This document shows positions 10,637 through 20,345 of a DNA stretch of 36,384 nt, one piece after another. Every line of letters begins with the position of its first letter. Within the stretch, counting starts at the first letter, position 1. Under the pieces are notes generated by a model. The model was not told the origin of the DNA and did not search any database. It saw only the letters and a program-made list of their open reading frames with translations. Position numbers and translations under genes: made by a program. The DNA is from Raillietiella orientalis (lineage: Eukaryota): the NCBI GenBank assembly GCA_036172245.1, contig JAYWIR010000088.1, forward strand, positions 248,001-284,384, written 5' to 3'.

Positions 10637-12987
10637 TTTCACCCGGATTTCTCCGGGTCGTTTATTTAAAAAATAAACTTTGTAAACAAATTATTAATGG
10701 CTGTGGCAATGCTCCAGCCAGAAGCTAAGAACCACGGTGCCTGCCAATTCACCGGTTTCTAGACCGATACCGTCCACCAAGGCAGCAGGGGAAAGAAGAA
10801 AAACAAAAACACTAAAGAAAAAAAAAAAAGGGTGGGAGAGAACGGGAAGGGATCACTGTTGCTGCTGGGGCCGCATCATCCTTCTCAGGATGCTGACAAG
10901 CTCTTGTTTGTTGTGAACATCCAGGTGGGGCCATCCCGACGCCCTTCACAGGAATTTGGAGGCGCACTGGATGGCGTTTATATCGCTAGGTCCTCCCGTC
11001 GCCGTGCTCCAGGCGGCGACGATCCCACGAAGGCAGCACAAGTCTGCTATGGAGGACGCTGGCCGCAGGGCGTCGGCAACGAAGAAGGCTTTTAGAGCGT
11101 CCCTGGGGTTGCCGCAAAAAATACCGATGGCCGCGGCAAAGCGGAACCAAAGGGGCCGAAGGGCAACACAATCCACTAGGAGGTGGGGGAAGGACTCCCG
11201 TTCCCCACACCTGACGCAATTGGGGTCCACCGCTCCCCAGGTCCAGTTGTGTCGGCGGCCGTTGCAGGGGAGTCCCCAGTGCTGCAACAGGAGAGCCGAC
11301 TCCTGCCATTTTAAGGGGAGGGCGGAAGTGTTCATGAGCACCGGGGGCCACTTCAGATGTTCAATGGGAACATCGAGCAGCACGCCCCAGCGCAGAAGTC
11401 CATTGGGAGGCGTACTCGGGGTTTCAGCGTCTGTTAACTGCCCCGTCTTCCACTCTCCTATCTTCTTCTCCTTTCCGGAGATTGTTACTGTAATCACCCA
11501 CTTCGCCGCAGCATCGCTGTCCAGATCTTCCATCAGGGAAGGCAGCGCAGCAGCGAGGGGGGTTCTTCCTGCCACGCTCTCTTCTTTGGATCCTCCAGGA
11601 TCTCGCGGAGCATGCAACTTCTGTAACCCCCAAACAGGAACCTTCGTTCCTGTTTGCCGCGTTGCATGCCGAACTGTCCCCACGTTCGAACGGTTTACGG
11701 CAACCAGGCACTACCGTTCAACGGGCGACAGGTGAACAATCCTGGGTTTTTCGGATACAGCGCAGCCACCCTCCGTAGCTGGAGTCCGCATCGGTTGACG
11801 CGGCGACGGAGTGCAAGAAACGACGTCAGTCCCGTCTTGCCGGTGGCTTGCTGGAGTAGGAGACGTGCAGGGACGCACCAACAGGTGCACCACAACTCTG
11901 GAACGAGTGCCGACAAGCGGAACTGGAGCTGAAGCTCCAGCCGCTCCAGCGTCAGGAGGCCCAGACCACCATCCCGACGAGGAGCGCACAAGTCCTTTAA
12001 GCGGACTCGGGCCCTAACGTTGCCTCAAGGGGCGATACGGAGAAGGTCCTTCGTCCGCTTTTTGATCCTCTCTGTAAGGGGGCAAAAAAAAATGCAGGGA
12101 GCGGAGGAGAGGAGCCGCGAACGTGTTGCAAACCGCGGCCCGTTCAGGCAGGGAAAACCTGCCGCCTCGGAACGGGCCGATAGCCGTCTCTACTTTTTGG
12201 AGGCAGCCGGACCACGCTTCCGCAGGGGAGTAGTCCCCCAACGGCACACCAAGGTACTTGAAGTACCTCACCGTGGGGATCCATAAACGGACCCAGTCCT
12301 GCTGCCCTGCCCACGCCGCACCAACTGGCATCACGGACGACTTCGCCCTGTTCACCGTGAGTCCGGTTCCCCGATGCAGCAGGTCGAAGAACTCCTCGAC
12401 CGCCGCAGCCCGGGTGGACATAGGGTGCAGCAGCAAAAGGTCGTCCGCGTATGCTGAAACGGCCGGCGTACCGGCACAGTCGTGCGGCAGGTGCGCCAGA
12501 GTTCCCCTGTACGCTCTCAGTACCAACTCAAAGTAGGTACTGAAGAGCAAGGGGTCCAGGCTGTCTCCCTGCCGGATACCAGGTCGCACCGGCACGCCGT
12601 GCACGGTCTGCCCGCTGAAAGTAACTTCGATGATCGCGTCGCTCCAGCAGGAGCGCAGATAGGCCACTAATGAGGACGGGAAGCCCAAGCGTTCGAGAAG
12701 CTCCAGAAGGAGATTCTGGTCGACGCAATCGAATGCTTTCTGCAAGTCGATTGCGACCGCAAGGGCTCCCTTCCCCACCCGTCCATCCAACCCCCTGCCG
12801 GCGCACGCATTGGAATTCCGGCTGCGCACCAAGCTCCTTTCTTGTTGGAGCTCTAGCCAGGCGGATGCGTGGAACAGGTTCGCCTCCATGCTTCGCCCGG
12901 GAACAGCATAAGTCTGTTCCCGGCTGATGAAGATGTTGGCAACCCTTCCCAGACGCTCTGCCCAAACCTTAGCCAGCAACTTGGCGT
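10636..12987 (-). mobile_element. Element E2, 3' half (RT core, C-terminus, 3' UTR)
   Basis: AKLLAKVWAERL, DLQKAFD, GIRQGDSL, AYADDL, KYLGV, CVRCGERESFPHLLVDC, stop at 10855-10853. Terminal hairpin acccgga-gaaa-tccgggt. Confidence 0.92.
12973..12987 (+). repeat. Target-site duplication of E3, left copy (ccagcaacttggcgt)
   Basis: 14/15 match to ccagcaacctggcgt at 18884-18898, directly flanking both termini of E3. Confidence 0.8.
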
Positions 12988-13156
12988 GCGGACGTGTTTT
13001 TGTAGCGCTCCTGCGCGCCTGGTGTAAAGCGTTTGGTTTCTTTTGTGTATGTGTGTGGAGAATCTGCGGTGTCCAATGGCAGAAATACCTGAGGACACCG
13101 CGATGGATATAGGAGGGGGAGAGGCTTGCCCCTCTCCCCAACCCACGGGGGTGGGG

Positions 13157-13348
13157 GCAACCGCCCCCACGGAGGCGACGGCAGCCGCACCCCTGAAAAA
13201 GGGGGCAACCGTCGCCTCGGTAGCAAGGGCAAAGGCCCCCTTGAAAAAGGGGGCAAAAGCCCCCCTGGAACAGGGTGCAACCGCCCCCTTGAAAAAGGGG
13301 ACAACCGCAACCGTGGAAACTGGCGCAATTGTTTACTTGAAAAAGGGG
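13157..13348 (+). repeat. Coding 24-bp tandem repeat, 8 units (ATAPLKKG-like)
   Basis: Consensus gcaaccgcccccttgaaaaagggg. Confidence 0.88.
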
Positions 13349-14778
13349 GCACTTGCACCCTCGAATGCGTCTTCGGCATCGCCAAAGACCTGGAGTCCAG
13401 TGTCTGCAGCCCCATCTACTGGAGCCCTCGCCGAGCAGAAAGCCTACCTGGAGCAGGGATACAAGCCGTCCCTGAAATACAAGGTAGGCAAACTGTTTGT
13501 CGGAAACACCGCTTGCAACTTCGAAAGAAAGTTGCAGCGGTTGAACGTAAAAGAGGAAGACCTGGAAGGTCTTTCCGTGTTGAGTGGTGGTCAGCGGGTG
13601 GAGCTGACTTGCAGAAATGCAAGCCTTGCTCAACACCTCCTGAATACGCCAATCACACTGGAAGCCCGAAAGGTTTTCCCGGTAACGGAGGATCGCTCCG
13701 TGGTGACGCACCTCACGGGAGTCACCCTCCGCATGGCGAAAGCCGACGTGCAGGAGGAACTCGGAAAATACGGAACGGTTAACGCGCTATGGCCCAAGCC
13801 CAACGTCTTTCGGAGTTACGAAAGACTGTTTAGTGGCATGGCTGGTGCGCGTGTAACCGTCCACGAAAACGGTGGGCTACCCCACAAACTAGACGTCGGC
13901 AACGAGACCGTCGACGTCTGATACGTGGGCAAGCCCAAGTACTGTGGACACTGTGATGCCACAGGGCACCTGAAAAAGCGGTGCCCTCACATCCAGTGTT
14001 TCCACTGTGGAGAGAAGGGCCACCTCCGCAAAGTGTGCCCGAAGCGCGAACCTCCGGCTCACGCTGCTTTGAAAAAGGCCAAAGGGAAAGGCGCGGAGGC
14101 TACGGAAAACCCTGCGAAGTTACCCGTGAGGCGGAACCCACAGCCGGAGCCCGAGCTGCAATCGCCGATCGTGGAATCTATCGACGACGCTGAAAAGAAC
14201 GAAGGCTGGCAGAAGGCGAAGCCTAAAGCTAAAAAACCAAAGAAAACCGCAGGATCGACAGCGGAACCCGCGACGTCTCCTTTAAATAGGAGACAACGCC
14301 GCGCGTTGATTCGCGAATGTTCGGTCGCTTTGGAGCGTGTGTAGGTAGCCGAGACCGCCAACGGGGGAGATATCCCCCGCGTCGACGCCGACGATAACGC
14401 GATCACGGAAGGCGAACCCTCTGTGCAAACAGAGGGGGAACCGCGCGACGCGCTCGCCGCGATCGACGAGGCCGCCTTCCAGCAGGCGGCGGAAGAGCTC
14501 GCGGCCGAACTCGCCGACCGTAAAAACGGCGCGCGAAAGGCCTTGCGAAGGCCGGCCGCGACCAGGGCACCTTCGACAGGTGACCACGAACCGGATGCCG
14601 GAAGTGCGTCCTCTTCCACGGAGGCGCCTCCGAAGAAGACTGGACGGAAGTCCAGGAATCCCAAGAGGGGCATCCCGACAAAGAAGGAGGGGGACGCACC
14701 GGCATCCGAGGGGGAAGCCGGCAGCGTGGGAACGGAGGGAGGGATTTTCCCACCCTCCGCTACCTAGCAGCTGGAGAC

Positions 14779-15008
14779 CCCGATGGAGGAGGGGGATAAG
14801 GTGAGTGATTGCCGCCCCCACCCAACGGTGGAATCTGTCCAGGAGATAGCCATGGAGGAGGGGGAGCAGACAGCTGACAACCGCTCCCCCCTGCCGTCCA
14901 ACGCAGCCGACGAATCGGCCCCCATGGAAGAGGGGGAGCAGGTGCGTGGAACCCGCCCCCTTCAACCGTTGCGGTCCGCCGAGGAAGCGGCCCCCATGGA
15001 GGAGGGAG
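14779..15008 (+). repeat. Four spaced (P)MEEG acidic repeats at the ORF1 C-terminus
   Basis: atggaRgaggg recurs about every 70 nt. Also seen at 25845-25993, 31126-31355 and 34442-34590. Confidence 0.8.
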
Positions 15009-15090
15009 AACCGGTGCGCGTTGATCCCGTTCCTCCATCCGTCCCGCCCGACCAGGTGGCGGGAGCCCCATTGCCACTTTCCCAGGAGTA

Positions 15091-18000
15091 AAACCTGGGC
15101 TCGCCTGTCGCCGTCGATTACGCGTGGCCTGCTGGAACGTGAACGGGCTGCGCGACGACGGCAACAGACAAGACACGGCCGCCACCCTGCGTGACTTCGA
15201 CCTGGCACTCCTGCAGGAGATCCACGTGATCACCGCGGAGAACGCCCAGGAGATCGAAAGGATCGCAGGGGGACGGTTGATGTGGCAATGCGGCACCAAA
15301 TACACCTGCGGCGTCGCGTTTTTTATGAAGCCGGCAGTCGACGCAGCCGTGAAGAGCGTGCGCTTCGACGAAGCCGGTCGTGTCGGCCAGCTGATTCTCA
15401 AATGGTCCGACACGATCGACATCGTCGTAACAAATGTGTACGCTCCGAGCGGTCCTACCAGGTACCAGGAACGTAAGGCGTTCCTGGAAACCCTGAAGCG
15501 CGACTGGCTGGTGGAAGCGAGCGTGCGCGTGGCTCACCTGATAGCGGGAGACTTTAATCTCCGCCTTCTATCAGGTAAGCCACACGCACAAGAACGGACG
15601 GCTAACGAGTTGTGCGCCGCCATGCGCACGCGCAACTTGTTAGGGGATCTTTCGGAAATGGTCAGCAGCATCGACCACGTCTTCCTGGATGTCGACCTGT
15701 GTTCACGGGTCGGCAAACGAGGGAAAGTTGCGTGGGAGCTGTCTGACCATTTCCGGTTGATATTCGAGGTGTGCCCGCGCGACAAGGGTTCCCCATCCAG
15801 GGCGTGGCGTCTGCCTGGGGACTGGACGCGACTCTCAGGTGCGAAGGAACACCTTCGCGAATTCCTGAGAGGCGTCACCCTCCGCAGTCTCAAGGATTGG
15901 GACCTCTTCAAGGCCTCGGTCCGCGAGTTCTGCGAGGAGTTTCCCCTGCACCGCCTGCCCCCCGGATTTGGGTAGGGGGCTCGGAACCATAGGGCTTATT
16001 TACAAGCCCGCCGGTACGAGAGGACCCCCAATGTCCGTCGCCTGGCAGAGTACCGAGCCGAGGCCGAACGTCAAGCCTGGCAATCCGGATCGGCCAGCTT
16101 GCTGGACGACCAGGGCCGGGAGCACTCGGCTCCGGCTAGAATACGGCACCTCGTGCGGCGTTTTCATTCCTCCCTTACGCCAGGGCGCCCCCGGACCAAG
16201 ATACCTCTTGGCGCTTGCTTCCGAACGGTGCCCCGGCAATAGGGGAGGAGGAGAAGGAAAGCCTCGACGAGCCTTTTACCACCGGCGAAATTCTCGCCGG
16301 TATCAAAAGGCTGAAGATACGGAAAGCACCAGGGGAGGACGGCCTGCCTGCGGAGTTTTTTCAATGCTTTGCGGGAGAGTTCGCACCCCTGGTGCTTGAG
16401 TTGACAAGGCTGATCCGAGATGAAGGCGATGTACCCGCCTCGTTTCGGTCAGCCAGAGTGAGGCTCGTTCCGAAAGGAGGAGACCTCAGGAAACTCAGCA
16501 ACTGGCGTCCGATCACAATTGTGAACACGGACGCCAACTTGATAGCCGGACTGTGGGCTTCGCGTCTGGGGCAGGTTGCCAATTCCATAATTAGCCCGGT
16601 GCAGAATTACGCTGTTCCCGGGCGAAGTATGGAGGCCAACCTCTTCTTCGCGAGCACATGGTTTCATGTGCAGAGTAGTCAAGAAAAGGAAGAGGGAAGG
16701 ATTGGCAGCCCCGCTTTAGGGGCGTCAGCCGGGCAGGGACAGGACTCCCAGGTGGGGAAGGGAGCCCTAGCGATCGCAGTCGATCTGCACAAAGCGTTTG
16801 ACTGCGTGGACCAGGATCTCCTGCTGGAGCTCCTGGGACGCATGGGCTTCCCTCCCTCCCTACTGACCTACCTGCGCTCTTGCTGGCGCGGCGCGCTGAT
16901 CAATATCTCTTTCAGAGGTCAAATGGCGTACGGCGTGCCGGTACGGCGGGGCATACGGCAGGGCGACAGCCTCAGTCCCCTGCTCTTTAGCACCTACTTT
17001 GAGTTGGTGCTGAGAGCGTACAGGGTGACTTTGGCCCCCTTGCCGAGCTCGTGCCCCGTCACGCGCGCCGTAGCAGCGTACGCCGACGATCTTTTGCTTC
17101 TGTTGCCGATGTCCACCCCGGCGAAGGCGGTCGGGGATTTCTTCGATCTGCTTAGCCACGGGACCGGACTTACGGTGAACAGGGCGAAGTCGACGGTGGT
17201 TCCAGACGGTGCGGCGTGGGCTGGTCAGCAGGACTGGGTCCGCTTAAGGATCCCCACGGCGAGGTGCTTGAAGTACCTTGGTGTGCCGTTGGGGGACTAC
17301 TCCCCTGCGGAAGCGTGGTGCGGCTGCCTCCAAAAAGTGGAAGCGGCGATCGGCCCGTTCCTGGAAGAGAAGTTCCTTCTTCCGGAACGGGCCGCGGTAT
17401 GGAACGCGTTTTCGGCTCCTATCCTCCGCCCCCTGCTTTTTGTTTGCCCTGTCCCCAGAGAGTTGAAAAAACGGACGAAGGACCTCCTGAGAATTCCCCT
17501 TTGGGGAAGAGGGGGGCCCCGAGTCCCGTTGAAGGACTTGTGTGCTCCACGTCGGGATGGCGGTCTTGGCCTCTTGACGAAGGAGCGAGTAGAGATTGAG
17601 CTGCGGTGGCGAACCGTCGCCATCGCAGCGAAGTTATGGAGCACTTCTTGGTGCGTTCCGGTCCGACTTCTTGCCAGCCGTGTATCCGGAACGGAGGGTC
17701 TCGCGTCCTATCTTCTGTGCCGTGGCAGGAAGATCAAGAGATGCGGACTTCTCCTGGGACGCATTGCAACTCTGGCTAGGGAAAACGGCTGGATGGTATG
17801 CAGCCCTGCCAACTCCTCCGCATGTCTGGAGGAGGCAGCTGGCACGTAGGCGAAGATTAATGAAAAAAATGAAGAGATGTGGAACTGCCTGCGACGCGGC
17901 GCCTATTCCCGCTGCACTCTGCGGAAGATACACCAGTGTCCCGTGAGAAGCACGTGGGCAGAGGCAACCCCCCTAGCTACGGCGATGCCCTTCCTGAGGA

Positions 18001-18677
18001 GGGCGCTCTCCAGCAGCCGCAAGCCTAGGGGGCAAGTCTCCTGCCGCATCGCAGGCAAGGAGAAGTTGATCAGCGGCTGGTCCACGGGTGAACTGGCGGA
18101 CGCCAGTATCCCTACTGTCCAGCCGAGAGGACTCCAGAGATGGGGTGAGCTACTCGGCATCCAGCCGGATGACCTCAAGTGGCCCCCGGTATTAATTGGA
18201 TCTAGGATCCTCCCCCTGAAGTGGCAGGAGTCGGCGCTTCTGTTGTTGCATTGGGGTCTACCCTGCAACGCACGTCGCCACCACTGGACCAGGGTTCGTA
18301 TAGATCCTACCTGCATCAGGTGTGGGGAACGGGAAACACTCCCCCACCTCCTTGTTGATTGTACTGCACTCCGACCCCTGTGGGAACGTCTTCGTGCCTC
18401 CCTACGGATCCAGGAGGGCAGCCAGCCCAGAGACGTTTTTCGGCTTTTGTTCGTGCATGATGCCCTGCGGCCAGCCGCTACCCTGGCTGCACTTTGCTGC
18501 GTACGCGGGATTGTGACGTGCTGGAGCAACGTCAGAAGACCGAGCGACGACAGGAATGCCGTCGTACTTGCAGTCCGCTAACTGCGGATTGTGACCAGAT
18601 GGCCCCACCTGGGAATTACACGGACGGACCTCGAGGGCATCCTGCGAAGGATGGACCCTCCTCTCAGTGGTCAGTGA
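15091..18677 (+). pseudogene. ORF2 of E3: APE endonuclease, reverse transcriptase, C-terminal Cys/His finger (stops and a frameshift)
   Basis: WNVNG, GDFN, SIDH, SDH, KAPGEDG, WRPITIVNTD, DLHKAFD, GIRQGDSLSPLLF, AYADDL, KYLGV, CIRCGERETLPHLLVDC. Confidence 0.95.
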
Positions 18678-18883
18678 TCCCTCCCCAACCTTCCCAAATC
18701 TTTTTGTTTTTACGTTTTAATTTTCTTTTTGTTTTTTCCACCACCCCCTTCCGCTGCCGAGGAGAGTCGCGCCGGTCTGCGTACCGGCGACCCGGCAGGT
18801 CCAGTTGAGTTGGCCGTAGTGGGGCCTCGTTCCACGAATCAGAGAGAAATTTTAATAAGCGCCCCGGCGTGACCGGGTGGCAA

Positions 18884-20345
18884 CCAGCAACCTGGCGTCC
18901 GCATTCACTATTGTGATGGGACGCCAGTTGTTCATGCTCCTCAGATCTCCTCCCTTAGGGGGGAGCCGCACCTTTGCCGAACGAAACGAGGCGGGAACGT
19001 CACCTGTTTCGCGTATCAGCAAGGTGAGTTGCTGTACCAGGGGGGTAAGCTCAGCCGCGAAAGTTTGTTAAAACTCCGCGAGCAGTCCGTCCTTCCCTGG
19101 AGCCTTTCGCCTCTTGAGCTTTCCGATGGCCGAAAGGATCTCGTCCATCGTGAAAGGCTCGTCGAGACTCCTTTTCTGCACCTCCCCGATCGCTGGAGCG
19201 CCTTCCGGAAGCAGGAGTCGTGAGACGTTCCTCTCCGGAGGTGCCCTGGCATACAGGGAGGAGTAGTAACTCCGCAGCAGGCCGCGGATTTGCGCAGGTG
19301 CCGAGTGCTCCTGGCCCTCATCGTCCAGTAAGCTGGCTGATCCGGACTGCCAGGCTTGCCTCTGGGCTCCCGCTTTGTATTCCGCTAGCCTGCGGATGTC
19401 GGGGGTCCTGACGTAACGACGGGCCTTCAGGTAGGCTCGTTCGTTACGGACCCCGGTCCCGAAACCCGTAGGTAGGCGCTGCAGAGGGAACTGGTCGAAG
19501 AGCTCCTGGACCGAGCGCTTGAAGCGGTCCCAATCTAGGAGTGTCCGCAGCCTGAAGCTCCGTATGAACGTGCGGAGATGTTCCGCCGCGTCCGAGCGCT
19601 TCAGCCAGTCCCCTGGGAGACGCCACGCTGACGAGGGGGGGCCCCTGTCGCGCGGATGGATCTCGAGGACTAGCGGGCGATGGTCGGACAGCTCGCACGG
19701 TAACTTGCCGCGCCTGCCCTTGCGAGGGCACAGGTGCTCGTCAAGAAACACGTGGTCAATGCTGTCTTCCATGCCCGGTGCACTGGCGAAGAAATTACAG
19801 GTGTGCACAGCCATGCACACCTTGTTGACCAGGTCACGCTCGGGATTCTGCCCATCTGGTTCCAGACGAACGTTGAAATCGCCTGCAACCAGATGGGCAT
19901 TCCGCACGCCTGCCCCGGGCAACCAGTCGCGATGGAGGGCAAGGAAAAACTCTTTCCTCGCCCTCCTGGTCTTCAGGTCCGCGCCGCTCGGTGCGTACAC
20001 TTTCGTGACGATCAGATCGATCGAGTCGGACCACCTGAGAGTCAGCTGGCCGACACGACCGTGATCGTCGAACCGCACGCCCCGAGCCGCGGCCTCGACG
20101 GCTGGCCGAAGCAGGTAGGCGACACCGCAACTTTTCGCTCTCCCACACCTGTACCATAGCCGCCCTCCGGAGATCCGTTCGATCTCTTGCGCTTGTTTTG
20201 CAGAGATCACGTGGATCTCCTGCAGCAGCGCAAGGTCGTAGGACTCGAGAAAGGCGACCATGTCTCGTCTCCAGCCGGCGTCTGTCATGGCGTTCACGTT
20301 CCAAACGGCGATGCGCAGACGACGGCGGGAGGAGATTCCCGGCAT
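18884..20345 (-). pseudogene. ORF2 of E2, endonuclease plus RT start (stop at 19070-19068)
   Basis: WNVNA, LLQEIH, VYAP, GDFN, SIDH, SDH, KAPGKDG. Confidence 0.92.

Larger units (their letters stand above)
13076..15091 (+). pseudogene. ORF1 of E3 (in-frame stops at 13919, 14342, 14765)
   Basis: All segments are in the same frame. Knuckles CGHCDATGHLKKRC and CFHCGEKGHLRKVC. Confidence 0.9.
12988..18883 (+). mobile_element. Element E3: full-length (5.9 kb) uninterrupted L1/Tx1-like element, decayed
   Basis: 5' gcggacgtgtttt, ORF1, complete ORF2, 3' UTR and terminal hairpin, flanked by a TSD. Confidence 0.95.

Noticed and set aside
12014..13711. 565-aa minus-strand ORF (and 28655..29515) as a novel RT with a Cys/Gly-rich N-terminus
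   Set aside because: The N-terminus is the antisense reading of the inserted element's minisatellite and 5' UTR, running across the insertion joint.
14779..15008. Regularly spaced atggaggaggg motifs as CRISPR repeats or Shine-Dalgarno sites
   Set aside because: They encode (P)MEEG peptide repeats in ORF1, and the context is a eukaryotic-type retroelement.
16525..16550. Self-avoidance by recoding of an element's own target site
   Set aside because: E3's unhit DAKL site differs from G's hit site by 1 of 15 nt, and E2's own KAFD site differs from B's hit site by 2 nt. There are too few sites to claim immunity.
16215..17849. Bacterial RT system (retron, group II intron, DGR) or LTR element
   Set aside because: The APE endonuclease, CCHC ORF1, TSDs and AATAAA fit non-LTR L1/Tx1 elements. 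I saw no LTRs, integrase or protease.
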